This document shows positions 8,185-17,166 of a stretch of 64,000 nucleotides of DNA, one piece after another (position 1 is the stretch's first letter; each line of letters starts with the position of its first letter). Location of the stretch: contig CAWCTW010000003.1 of NCBI GenBank assembly GCA_963798705.1, forward strand, positions 214,847-278,846. The letters are read 5' to 3'. Position numbers and translations under genes: made by a program. The stretch is from an uncultured Actinomycetes bacterium. Lineage in GTDB: Bacteria; Actinomycetota; Thermoleophilia; Solirubrobacterales; 70-9. A model generated the notes under the pieces. It made no database searches, was not told where the DNA came from, and was given only the letters and a program-made list of their open reading frames with translations.

Positions 8185-9155
8185 GCCCCCCGGCCCCGAC
8201 CGACGCCCCCCAGGCCCCGGCCGAGACCCTGGCCGAGTTCCTTCGCCGGATGCGGGTCGGCATCGAGGATGGGCTCGACCCGATGAGCGCGGCGGGTCGT
8301 GCCGCCGACGAGCTGCCCCAGCGACTCGCGCACGTCGTGGAGCTCCTGTCGCGGCGGCTCCAGGGCGAGTACCACGAGGACGAATGGGGGTTCGACGAGG
8401 AGTTCGCCGAAGCGGTCTTGCCGCTGTTCGAGTTCCTGTACGAGGTGTGGTGGCGGGTCGAGCCGGAGGGCGTGCTCAACGTCCCCGCCCACGGCCGGGC
8501 GCTCCTGGTCTCCAATCATGCCGGCGCGCTGTTCCCGTTCGACGCGTCGATGATCCTGCTCTCGATCATGAGGGAGCATCCGTTGCCGCGCTGGGCGCGG
8601 TTCCTCGTCCTGGACTGGGCGTTCGTCCTCCCGTTCGTCTCAGCCTTCATGCGGAAGGTCGGTGGGGTGCCGGCCAGCAAGTACAACGCGGCCCGGCTCC
8701 TCGAGCAGGACGAGCTGGTCATGGTGTTCCCCGAGGGAGTGAAGGGAACCGGCAAGCAGTTCTCCGAGCGCTACCGGTTGCAGCGCTTCGGGCGCGGCGG
8801 CTTCGTGGAGACGGCCCTTCGAACCGGAGCGCCGATCGTGCCCGTCGCCGTGGTGGGGTCGGAGGAGATCTACCCCAAGGTCGCCGACGCGCGACCGCTG
8901 GCCCGCGCGGTGGGAGCCCCGTTCCTGCCCCTCACTCCCACCTTCCCTTGGCTCGGCCCGCTGGGGCTGATCCCCTTGCCGTCGAAGTGGCGAATCGAGT
9001 TCTGCGAGCCCATCGACCTTTCGCAGCACGGGCCGGACGCGGCCGAGGATCGCCGGCTGCTGTTCGACGTGTCGGAGCAGGTCAGGGAGACCATTCAGTC
9101 CAAGCTGTACGAGAGCCTGGTCAAACGCGGATCGGCGTACTTCTCCCCCTTGTAG
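8181..9155 (+). CDS. lysophospholipid acyltransferase (LPLAT/PlsC superfamily)
   Basis: The GTG overlaps the upstream stop (GTGA). Motifs are LLVSNHAGALFPFD (HX4D variant) and VFPEGVKGTGK. The longer upstream ORF (7551) is Arg-rich out-of-frame translation of the epimerase gene. Confidence 0.8.
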   Translation: MSPPAPTDAPQAPAETLAEFLRRMRVGIEDGLDPMSAAGRAADELPQRLAHVVELLSRRLQGEYHEDEWGFDEEFAEAVLPLFEFLYEVWWRVEPEGVLNVPAHGRALLVSNHAGALFPFDASMILLSIMREHPLPRWARFLVLDWAFVLPFVSAFMRKVGGVPASKYNAARLLEQDELVMVFPEGVKGTGKQFSERYRLQRFGRGGFVETALRTGAPIVPVAVVGSEEIYPKVADARPLARAVGAPFLPLTPTFPWLGPLGLIPLPSKWRIEFCEPIDLSQHGPDAAEDRRLLFDVSEQVRETIQSKLYESLVKRGSAYFSPL

Positions 9156-9174
9156 CGATAGCCTCCAGCCCGCG

Positions 9175-9618
9175 ATGGGGAAGGGGACGTCGACTGCGAG
9201 GACGCCGGCCGCCGCAACGGAGTTCCAGCATCTGCTGGACGACGTGCTCACGGAGACCGACGCCGACGACCACGCCGGTCCCCTGCTTCGCGCCGCCGGC
9301 CTTCGGGTCCGATTCGAGTTCCCGGACCTGCCGCTGGTCCTGAGTCTCACGGCGACCGAGGACGGCGATCATCACCTCGCCTGGAAGTTCTCCGACCAGA
9401 CGGACTGGAAGCCCCGGCTGACGTTGAAGATGGACTCGAAGGTGGCCAACGCCTACCTTCAGGGCAAGGAGAGCCTGGCGGTCGCGATCGCCCGCGGCCG
9501 GGTGCACGCAACGGGCGATACCCGATCTGCTCTCGTGTACATCCCCGCGCTCCGTCTGCTGGTGGGGTCCTACCAGCGCCTGGTCACCCAGGAGCACCCG
9601 CACCTGGTCGTGGAGTAG
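9175..9618 (+). CDS. SCP2 sterol/lipid-binding domain protein
   Basis: SCP2-like pattern: VRFEFPDLPLVLSLT, LTLKMDSKVANAYLQGKESLAVAIARGRVHATGD. Confidence 0.7.
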   Translation: MGKGTSTARTPAAATEFQHLLDDVLTETDADDHAGPLLRAAGLRVRFEFPDLPLVLSLTATEDGDHHLAWKFSDQTDWKPRLTLKMDSKVANAYLQGKESLAVAIARGRVHATGDTRSALVYIPALRLLVGSYQRLVTQEHPHLVVE

Positions 9619-9674
9619 CCGCTGCCGGGGGGCCCGGCCGGCGCCGTGCCGCGGACGCCGGTCGGAGATTGCCG

Positions 9675-9703
9675 TTGACCTCGATGCCGGTTCGGCGTAG
9701 CCT
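9675..9703 (+). promoter_or_regulatory. sigma-70-type promoter candidate for the cyclase gene
   Basis: TTGACC (9675-9680), a 17-nt spacer, then TAGCCT (9698-9703). Confidence 0.45.
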
Positions 9704-9717
9704 GATCTCGAGAGATC
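9704..9717. promoter_or_regulatory. 6-2-6 inverted repeat at the predicted transcription start (operator candidate)
   Basis: GATCTC-ga-GAGATC lies immediately after the -10 hexamer. Confidence 0.35.
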
Positions 9718-9941
9718 GGAAACAGGCCGCAGTGGACGCCGTCTCGCCACCCCGGGCGACCCGGGTGAAGGAGCCGGCCTCGCAAGGCGCCGACGGCGCC
9801 GTAGGCCGACGGGGCGGGCCGAATGCCCGCGGGCGACGGGGCCAATCGTGCCCCGTCGCTCCACGTGAGGCCCGCGATCCGCCTCGTCGCCGATGCGAGG
9901 CGCGCGCCAAGAGCCCTCCGACCCTGAAAGGATCGAGCCGG

Positions 9942-11159
9942 ATGCCGGACGATCACATCTCTCTTGGCGAGGCATCGAGGATCGCGGGGGTCGCGCCCTC
10001 CACCCTGCAGCGGTGGGTGAAGGCCGGGGTCATCCCGGTCCGCGGCGGGAGGTGGACGACGGCTGCTGCGGCACAGGCGCGGGTGGTCGGCCGGCTCCGA
10101 GAGCGTGGGCACTCGCTCCCCGAGCTGCGCCGAGCCGTGCGCGAGGGGCGCCTGGCCTTCGGCTACGTCGAGGACCTGTTCCCGGGGCACGAACGCAACT
10201 TGACCCGCTTGGAGGCAGCCGAGCGAACCGGCCTGGAGGACGCGCTCATCGAGCGAATGATGTCGCTGCTCGGCACGCCGACCGCCCTCGAGGGAACCCT
10301 CAACGAGCAGGACGTTGTCGCGATGGAGCACATCCGGGACGTGCTGCGCGCCGGGTTCCCTCTCGTGGCATTGCTGCAACTGATCCGCGTCTACGCGCAG
10401 TCGATTCGCAAGATCGCCGAGGCCGAGGTGCGGCTGTTCCACCTCTACGTGCACGAGCCACTCATCCGGCAGGGCGTCGATGCGCTTCAGATGGCGGAGG
10501 AGATGGAGGGGCTGGCGCGGGACCTCTTGCCGATCACCTCGCCCCTCATGGAGTACATCCACCAGCGATACCTCCGCTTCTACATCGAGCAGGACGTGGT
10601 CGGCCACATGGAGACCGAGCTCGCCGGACAGCGCCAGCTCGGCCGGGTCCAGATGGCGTTCTGCTTCGTCGACCTGACGGGGTTCACCCGGTACACCGAG
10701 GAGGAGGGGGACGAGGAGGCCTTCGACCTCGTCGAGCGATTCGTGGAGACGGTCGAGGCGACGCTCCCGGCGGAGGCGCTCATCGTCAAGACGATCGGCG
10801 ACGAGGTGATGATCGTCTCGCCGGACCCGGTCACGCTGACGGAGTGGTCCGTCGGGTTTCTCGGCCTCTTCCAGGAGCGCCCGCAGCCTCGCGTCGGCAT
10901 CCACTGCGGGCGCGCTGTCTACCGGGACGGCGACTACTTCGGCAGCGAGGTGAATCTCGCGCATCGCGTGGTGGCCCGTGCCCTGGGCGGCGAGGTGATG
11001 GTCACCGCCGCGGTGGCGGACGCCATCGGTGAGTCCGGCTACCTGGAGTTCGACCGGATCGGCGGCGTTGAGCTGAAGGGATTCCCGCAGCCGGTCGAGC
11101 TTTTCGTGGCACGCCCCCGCGAATCGGACTCGGCGCCGGACCGGGTCGCCCCCGGGTAG
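9942..11159 (+). CDS. class III adenylate cyclase with N-terminal MerR/excisionase-like HTH and helical regulatory domain (Rv1264-like layout)
   Basis: HTH ISLGEASRIAGVAPSTLQRWVKAGVIP. Cyclase motifs are FCFVDLTGFT, VKTIGDEVM, GIHCGRAVYRDGDYFGSEVNLAHR. The ATG at 9942 is preferred because upstream in-frame sequence is Arg-rich and non-protein-like. Confidence 0.8.
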   Translation: MPDDHISLGEASRIAGVAPSTLQRWVKAGVIPVRGGRWTTAAAAQARVVGRLRERGHSLPELRRAVREGRLAFGYVEDLFPGHERNLTRLEAAERTGLEDALIERMMSLLGTPTALEGTLNEQDVVAMEHIRDVLRAGFPLVALLQLIRVYAQSIRKIAEAEVRLFHLYVHEPLIRQGVDALQMAEEMEGLARDLLPITSPLMEYIHQRYLRFYIEQDVVGHMETELAGQRQLGRVQMAFCFVDLTGFTRYTEEEGDEEAFDLVERFVETVEATLPAEALIVKTIGDEVMIVSPDPVTLTEWSVGFLGLFQERPQPRVGIHCGRAVYRDGDYFGSEVNLAHRVVARALGGEVMVTAAVADAIGESGYLEFDRIGGVELKGFPQPVELFVARPRESDSAPDRVAPG

Positions 11160-11217
11160 CGGGCGTCCGGGCACGGAAGCTGCGGCTGGCGCCGCCCGTC
11201 ACCTTAAGATCGCCGGC

Positions 11218-12570
11218 ATGGGTGTCAGAGCGGAGGCCCTCGAACGCCTCGGATCCGAGGTGCGCCGCAGCGGCCTGGTGGATCCCGTCTCCTCGGGCGT
11301 CGCGCTGGTCTCCGGCGGTCCCGATTCGGCCTGCGCCGCTGCGGGGCTCGCGCGAGCCCTCGGCCCGGAGCGCATTCACGCCCTGCACGTCAACTACGGC
11401 CTGCGCGATTCGGCGAACCGCGACGAGCTCGTCTGCCGCGACCTCTGCTCGCGCCTCCGGGTCGACCTGCACATCGAACGCCCTGAGAGCCTGCGGGGCA
11501 ACCTCCAGGCCGCCGCCCGCGAATTCCGCTACGCGGCCGCCGAGCGGCTTCGGATTCGCACCGGCGGTGACTGGATCGCGACCGGCCATACGCGCACCGA
11601 CCTCGCCGAGACTCTGGTCTACAGGCTCGCCGCCTCGCCGGGCGTGCGCAGCCTCCGGTGCCTGCCGGCCCAGAGCGGCCGGGTGGTCCGTCCGCTGCTC
11701 GATCTGGAGCGCGCCGAGCTGCGCCGGCTGGCGACGGCCGCAGGGCTGCCATTCGCCGACGATGAGACCAACCTCGATCCCGCCTTTGCCCGCAATCGGA
11801 TTCGAGCCGAGATCCTCCCGGTCATGCGGGAGCTGAGCCCCGCGGCGGAGCGGAACATCGCCGAGACCCAGGCGGAGATGACCGAGGAGGCCCGGCTGCT
11901 CGACCGGGTCGTCCTGGAGGCGCTGGAGGCCGCCGGCGCCGGCGCCGGTGCGGTTGCGATCCGCGCCGACGCGCTGGCCGGCTCCGAGCCCGCCCTCCGC
12001 CGACTCGCGTTGAGGGCGCTGGCGGAGCGGGCCACGGGGCGTGCGGTGCCGCTCGGGCGCAGCCGCGCCGCGCAGATCATGCGGCTCGCACTGATGCCGG
12101 AGGGCGGCGAGGTCGACCTCGGCCACGGTGTCAGCGCCGTGTGCGAGCAGGGGCTGATCCGCTTCGAGACGTCATCCGAGGCCGACGCCGCGCCGGCGCC
12201 CGCCCCCCTGCGCGTGCCCGGCAGCTGCCGCTTCGGGCAATGGGAGGTGCGCGCGGAGATCCGGTCGGGGCCGTTCAAGCCCGTCGGGCCCGACCTCGCG
12301 ACGCTCGATGCGGAGGCGCTCGGCGAGGAGCTGGTGGTTCGCACCTGGCGCGAGGGGGATCGGATCCGGCCCCTCGGCATGGAGGGCACGAAGAGCCTCC
12401 AGGACCTCTTCACGGACCGCGGCGTGCCCCGGTCGCTGCGCCGTCGCCTGCCGGTCGTGACGGCGGCGGGGCGGGTGGTCTGGGTCGCCGGGGTCGCCGT
12501 GTCAGAGGACTTCCGCCTGGACCCGGATGCGCGCGAGGTGGCGGTGCTCACCGCGCGGGTATTGGACTGA
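11218..12570 (+). CDS. tilS: tRNA(Ile)-lysidine synthase
   Basis: PP-loop VALVSGGPDSAC. The tilS-hpt-ftsH order is conserved. Confidence 0.9.
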   Translation: MGVRAEALERLGSEVRRSGLVDPVSSGVALVSGGPDSACAAAGLARALGPERIHALHVNYGLRDSANRDELVCRDLCSRLRVDLHIERPESLRGNLQAAAREFRYAAAERLRIRTGGDWIATGHTRTDLAETLVYRLAASPGVRSLRCLPAQSGRVVRPLLDLERAELRRLATAAGLPFADDETNLDPAFARNRIRAEILPVMRELSPAAERNIAETQAEMTEEARLLDRVVLEALEAAGAGAGAVAIRADALAGSEPALRRLALRALAERATGRAVPLGRSRAAQIMRLALMPEGGEVDLGHGVSAVCEQGLIRFETSSEADAAPAPAPLRVPGSCRFGQWEVRAEIRSGPFKPVGPDLATLDAEALGEELVVRTWREGDRIRPLGMEGTKSLQDLFTDRGVPRSLRRRLPVVTAAGRVVWVAGVAVSEDFRLDPDAREVAVLTARVLD

Positions 12571-12576
12571 GGGGCA

Positions 12577-12617
12577 CGTGAACGTCTGCTTTCGCCATGC
12601 GAAAGCAACCGTTCACG
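12577..12617. repeat. REP-like palindromic element, copy 1
   Basis: cgtgaacgtctgctttcgc-cat-gcgaaagcaaccgttcacg forms a 19-bp stem with 2 mismatches. It shares the 14-mer acgtctgctttcgc with the copy at 26725. Confidence 0.8.
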
Positions 12618-12714
12618 GGCGGCATCCGACGCCTCGCGGTCCGCTTGGGCGTGCCCTACGTGCCCCGTCAGCCGGACGGCCATGAGCGCCCGCGGAACGT
12701 AGACTCCCGCCGCG

Positions 12715-13266
12715 ATGGACGACCCCGCGATCGGCGAGACGCTCGTTCCCGCTGACGAGCTTCAGACCCGGGTCACGGACCTGGCGTCGGAGATCAGCCG
12801 CGACTACGACGGCCGCGACCTCGTCCTGATCGGGATCCTCAAAGGCGCGGTGCTGTTCCTGGGGGACCTGATGCGCTACGTCACGGTACCGTGCGAGATC
12901 GACTTCATGGCGGTGTCGAGCTACGGCTCGCAGACCGACTCCTCGGGCGTGGTTCGCATCCTCAAGGACCTCGACTCCTCGATCGAGGGCCGGGACGTCC
13001 TGATCGTGGAGGACATCATCGACTCCGGGCTGACCCTCCAGTATCTGCTGCGCAACCTGAACGCGCGAAATCCCGCGTCGCTCGAGGTGTGCGCGCTGCT
13101 GACCAAGCCTGAGCGCCGGCGCGTGGACCTGCCCATCCGCTACGTCGGCTTCGAGATCCCGAATCGGTTCGTGATCGGCTACGGCCTCGATTTCGCACAG
13201 CGCTACAGGAACCTCGACTACGTGGCCGTCCTGGCGGACTCGGACCAGTCGCAGGACCCCCGTTAG
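12715..13266 (+). CDS. hpt: hypoxanthine phosphoribosyltransferase
   Basis: PRPP-binding motif VLIVEDIIDSGLTL, plus FMAVSSYG. Confidence 0.92.
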   Translation: MDDPAIGETLVPADELQTRVTDLASEISRDYDGRDLVLIGILKGAVLFLGDLMRYVTVPCEIDFMAVSSYGSQTDSSGVVRILKDLDSSIEGRDVLIVEDIIDSGLTLQYLLRNLNARNPASLEVCALLTKPERRRVDLPIRYVGFEIPNRFVIGYGLDFAQRYRNLDYVAVLADSDQSQDPR

Positions 13267-13406
13267 ACGGGCACAGGCACCCTGGTACGCTGATTCCAGC
13301 CGTTCGCGGGGCCGTAAGCAACCCCATTTGATCATGCGCAAGACCCATCAGCTTCACCGCATCCGCCGCGCGAGCGCAGCCCTGCCGCCGGCTCGAATGA
13401 TTTGAC

Positions 13407-15389
13407 ATGAGGCGCTTCTTCCGCAGCGCGGCCTTCCCGATCCTGATCGTCATCGTCCTCGCGTTCTTCGCGCAGCGACTGATCAGCGGTCCGGGCGACG
13501 AGCAGACGCCGACTTACGACCAGTTCGTCTCGCAGGTCAAGCACAACCCGTCGTCGATCGAGTCGGTCACCTTCGACCAGAAGTCGAGCTCGATCACGGT
13601 CGAGGAGCCCGATGGCAAGAGCTACTCCACCGGCTATCCGACCTCCGGCAACGCCCAGCCCCAGCTCATCAACCTGCTGGAGAAGAACGACGTCACCACC
13701 AAGGTCGAGGGCACGGGCGGCTCGAGCTTCCTCTCGATCCTCACCTACATCCTGCCCTTCCTCCTCTTCTTCGGCTTCTGGGTGTTCCTGATGAACCAGA
13801 TGCAGGGCGGCGGCTCGCGCGTCATGAGCTTCGGGAAGTCGCGCGCGAAGCGCATGTCCGTGGACGCTCCAAAGATCACCTTCCGGGACGTCGCGGGGGT
13901 GGACGAGGCGGTGCAGGAGCTCCACGAGATCAAGGAGTTCCTCGAAAACCCAAAGCGCTTCCAGGCTCTGGGGGCGCGCATCCCGAAGGGCGTGCTCCTC
14001 TACGGGCCGCCCGGGACCGGCAAGACGCTGCTCGCGCGCGCCGTGGCCGGCGAGGCCGGGGTGCCGTTCTTCTCGATCTCCGGTTCCGACTTCGTCGAGA
14101 TGTTCGTGGGCGTCGGTGCGAGCCGGGTCCGCGACCTTTTCGAGCAGGCCAAGCAGAACTCCCCCTGCATCATCTTCATGGACGAGATCGACGCCGTCGG
14201 CCGCCACCGCGGCGCCGGCATGGGCGGCGGCCACGACGAGCGCGAGCAGACGCTGAACCAGCTCCTCGTCGAGATGGACGGCTTCGAGATGAAGGACAAC
14301 ATCATCCTGATCGCCGCCACCAACCGGCCCGACATCCTCGATCCCGCCCTGCTGCGGCCGGGGCGATTCGACCGCCAGATCGTCGTCGACCGGCCGGATC
14401 GCAAGGGCCGCAAGCGGATCCTCGAGGTTCACACCCGCGGCAAGCCGCTCGCCAAGCAGATCGATCTCGACGCGCTCGCGGGACAGACACCCGGCTTCAC
14501 CGGCGCCGACCTGGCCAACCTGATCAACGAGGCCGCGCTCTTGACCGCGCGCTCCAACAAGCGCGAGATCACGATGCACGAGCTCGAGGAGGGGATCATG
14601 CGCGTGATCGCCGGCCCCGAGAAGAAGAGCCGCGTGATGTCGGAGAAGGAGCGCCTCGTCACCGCCTATCACGAGCTCGGGCACGCGATCGTCGGCCACC
14701 TGCTCCCGAACACCGATCCGGTCCACAAGATCTCGATCATCAGCCGCGGCCAGGCGCTGGGCTACACGATCTCGCTGCCGACCGAGGACAAGTTCCTCAC
14801 GACCCGCGCGGAGCTCACCGACACGATGGCGATGACCCTCGGCGGCCGCGCCGCCGAGGAGATCATCTTCAGCGAGATCACGACGGGCGCCTCGAACGAC
14901 CTCGAGAAGGTCACCGAGACCGCCAAGCAGATGGTCATGCGCTTCGGGATGTCCGAGCGTCTCGGTCCCCGCGTCTTCGGCCACGACCGCTCCCAGCCCT
15001 TCCTCGGCCGCGAGTTCTCCGCCGAGCCGGACTACTCGGACGAGATCGCGCGCGAGATCGACGACGAGATCCGTCGCATCGTGGAGGAAGCCCACCAGAC
15101 CGCCAAGGACATCCTCGTCGAGCGACGCGAGGCGCTGGACGCGATCTCCAAGATCCTCCTCGAGCGCGAGACGATCGACGCCGAGGAGTTCGCGAAGCTG
15201 CTCGACGGCGCCTCCGAAGACGAGGTCTTCGGTGACGAGGAGGAGGAGGACCGGGTTCCCGATCAGCCGGAGGCCGAGGCCGAAAAACCGGCCAGCCGCG
15301 AGGGGCCGCGTCCGTCGCCGCGTCCGCGTCCCGGGTTCGCCGGCGGCACCGCCGAGATGCGCGCGGACGATCAGAAGCGGCGCTCGTAG
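13407..15389 (+). CDS. ftsH: ATP-dependent zinc metalloprotease FtsH
   Basis: N-terminal TM segments, Walker [20 protein letters not shown] and zinc motif [10 protein letters not shown]. Confidence 0.97.
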   Translation: MRRFFRSAAFPILIVIVLAFFAQRLISGPGDEQTPTYDQFVSQVKHNPSSIESVTFDQKSSSITVEEPDGKSYSTGYPTSGNAQPQLINLLEKNDVTTKVEGTGGSSFLSILTYILPFLLFFGFWVFLMNQMQGGGSRVMSFGKSRAKRMSVDAPKITFRDVAGVDEAVQELHEIKEFLENPKRFQALGARIPKGVLLYGPPGTGKTLLARAVAGEAGVPFFSISGSDFVEMFVGVGASRVRDLFEQAKQNSPCIIFMDEIDAVGRHRGAGMGGGHDEREQTLNQLLVEMDGFEMKDNIILIAATNRPDILDPALLRPGRFDRQIVVDRPDRKGRKRILEVHTRGKPLAKQIDLDALAGQTPGFTGADLANLINEAALLTARSNKREITMHELEEGIMRVIAGPEKKSRVMSEKERLVTAYHELGHAIVGHLLPNTDPVHKISIISRGQALGYTISLPTEDKFLTTRAELTDTMAMTLGGRAAEEIIFSEITTGASNDLEKVTETAKQMVMRFGMSERLGPRVFGHDRSQPFLGREFSAEPDYSDEIAREIDDEIRRIVEEAHQTAKDILVERREALDAISKILLERETIDAEEFAKLLDGASEDEVFGDEEEEDRVPDQPEAEAEKPASREGPRPSPRPRPGFAGGTAEMRADDQKRRS

Positions 15390-15434
15390 CCCAACGCAAC
15401 CCGCTGGTTCGCGAACCCGGGCGCCACGTTCGCG

Positions 15435-15532
15435 CGCCACGTTCTGAGGTTGGGTAGGGCAGCGTCGGTGGTCAATCCGTTCCCGGAAAACCGAGGCTCG
15501 ATTGCCTTGACCCGGCAGTTACCTCGTCGGCG
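15435..15532 (+). promoter_or_regulatory. riboswitch-like element upstream of the lipoprotein-folP-folB-folK operon (class unresolved)
   Basis: Possible closing helix CGCCACG/CGUCGGCG and inner hairpin GGUCAA(15470)/UUGACC(15507). Strings GGGUAGGGCAGC, GGUGGUCAAUCC and CCCGGCAGUUACCUCGUCGGCG are present. A partial second copy lies at 22581-22723. Confidence 0.3.
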
Positions 15533-15546
15533 GTAGCGTTTTCCGC

Positions 15547-15876
15547 GTGCGAGGCCTTCCCCTACTTGCCATCCTTCCCCTTGTCCTGTTGATCGGCTGC
15601 GGAGGCGGCTCGGCCGGCCCGGACACACGCGACCGCGCGGTCAACGAGGCGATGCGGGCCTACCGGGAGGCGCAGGCCGCCGGCACGGACCTCGAGCGTG
15701 GGCCCTGCATCGCCGAGCAGCTGCCCGGTCTGGAGGACTGGGTTGTGGACATCGCCCATGAGCCACGCCAGCCGGTTGACGATCAACCCGCGAACCAGTG
15801 CCAGCGGTTCCGCGACGGCGACGCGCACCACTTCGTCGAGCTGAGCCCGTCGGGCAAGCTCATCAGGGCGCAGTAG
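15547..15876 (+). CDS. small lipoprotein, unknown function
   Basis: GTG start and lipobox LLIGC (MRGLPLLAILPLVLLIGCGGGS). It occupies the position where folE sits in other actinobacteria (from memory). Confidence 0.65.
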   Translation: MRGLPLLAILPLVLLIGCGGGSAGPDTRDRAVNEAMRAYREAQAAGTDLERGPCIAEQLPGLEDWVVDIAHEPRQPVDDQPANQCQRFRDGDAHHFVELSPSGKLIRAQ

Positions 15877-15880
15877 CCGC

Positions 15881-16681
15881 ATGGCGCGCTTGATGGGCAT
15901 CGTCAACGTGACCCCCGACTCGTTCTCCGACGGGGGGCTCTTCCTGGATCCGGAGCGCGCCGTCGCCCACGGCCGGCAGCTGGTTGCGGACGGGGCCGAG
16001 CTGCTGGACGTCGGCGGCGAGTCCACCCGGCCTGGGGCGCGAGCGGTGAGCTCAAAGGAGGAGCTCGCGCGGGTCGCCCCGGTTCTGGCCGGCCTGGCCG
16101 GCCTCGAGGCGGAGATCTCGATCGACACGTCCAAGGCGACGGTCGCCGAGGCGGCGCTCGATGCGGGGGCGGCAATCGTCAACGACGTCACCGCCCTGCG
16201 GGCGGAGCCGGCCCTCGCCGGCCTGTGCGCAGACCGGGGGTGCGTTGTCGTGCTGATGCACATGCGCGGGACGCCCCGCACGATGCAGGAAGCCCCGGTC
16301 TACGACGAGGTCGTCGCCGACGTGAAGGGATTCCTCCGTGAACGGATCGAGTTTGCGGTCGGCGAGGGGATCGCGGAGGACCGGATCTGGGTGGATCCGG
16401 GGATCGGCTTCGGCAAGACGGTTCGCCACAACCTCGAGCTGCTGAACCGCCTCGGCGAGCTGAGGCAGCTCGGACGACCCGTGGTCGTGGGAACCTCTCG
16501 CAAGCGTTTCATCGGCGCCATCACGGGGAGGGAGGTGGACGACCGGCTCGGCGGCTCGATCGCGAGCAGCGTCCTGGCGTTGCGGGCCGGCGCGGACATC
16601 CTGCGAGTCCACGACATCGAGGCGGCCCGTCAGGCCGTGCGCGTTGCCGAAGCCGTTCTCCAGCGCGCCTCGGCCCAGTGA
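15881..16681 (+). CDS. folP: dihydropteroate synthase
   Basis: MGIVNVTPDSFSDGG, GADLLDVGGESTRPG-like segment, IDTSKA. Confidence 0.93.
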   Translation: MARLMGIVNVTPDSFSDGGLFLDPERAVAHGRQLVADGAELLDVGGESTRPGARAVSSKEELARVAPVLAGLAGLEAEISIDTSKATVAEAALDAGAAIVNDVTALRAEPALAGLCADRGCVVVLMHMRGTPRTMQEAPVYDEVVADVKGFLRERIEFAVGEGIAEDRIWVDPGIGFGKTVRHNLELLNRLGELRQLGRPVVVGTSRKRFIGAITGREVDDRLGGSIASSVLALRAGADILRVHDIEAARQAVRVAEAVLQRASAQ

Positions 16682-17166
16682 ATGAAGCCGCGCTTCCGAC
16701 TCGGGTCACCAGCGGGCCCGGACCCGCTGGTACCGTCCCGCCCGTGGAAGCGGGCCCGGGCGACACCGCATCGGTCGAGGTCGAGGTTCGCGGCCTCTCC
16801 ATCTATACCCATCACGGCGTCACGGAGGCCGAGCGGGAGACGGGCCAGCGGCTGGAGATCGATCTCAGCTTCGACGTGCCGGATTGCGATGCAATTCTCA
16901 CCGACCGGCTCGAGGACACGGTCGACTACGTCGAGGTCTGCGACATCGTCGCCCTGGCCGCGACCGAGCGGAGCTACAAGACCCTCGAGCGCCTCTGCCA
17001 TGTGATCGCGGAGCGATTGACCGAGCGCTTCGCCTGCGAGTCGGTGCGAGTGCGGGCGGCCAAGCCCGAGCCGCCGTTGCCGATTGCCGTCGAGCAGGTC
17101 GGTGTGGAGGTGGTTCGCGAGCGAGCGAGGCGCGACGTCGCCGAGGACGGCGACGCGGCGGAGTGA
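16678..17166 (+). CDS. folB: dihydroneopterin aldolase
   Basis: The GTGA overlaps the folP stop. Motif VRGLSIYTHHGVTEAERETGQRLEIDL. The N-terminal ~30 aa extension is uncertain. Confidence 0.85.
   Translation: MNEAALPTRVTSGPGPAGTVPPVEAGPGDTASVEVEVRGLSIYTHHGVTEAERETGQRLEIDLSFDVPDCDAILTDRLEDTVDYVEVCDIVALAATERSYKTLERLCHVIAERLTERFACESVRVRAAKPEPPLPIAVEQVGVEVVRERARRDVAEDGDAAE

Noticed and set aside
9669-9941. An upstream in-frame start for the cyclase gene, giving 496 aa.
   Set aside because: The added 91 residues are Arg/Pro-rich with no protein-like pattern, and the predicted promoter lies inside them. ATG 9942 immediately precedes the HTH domain.
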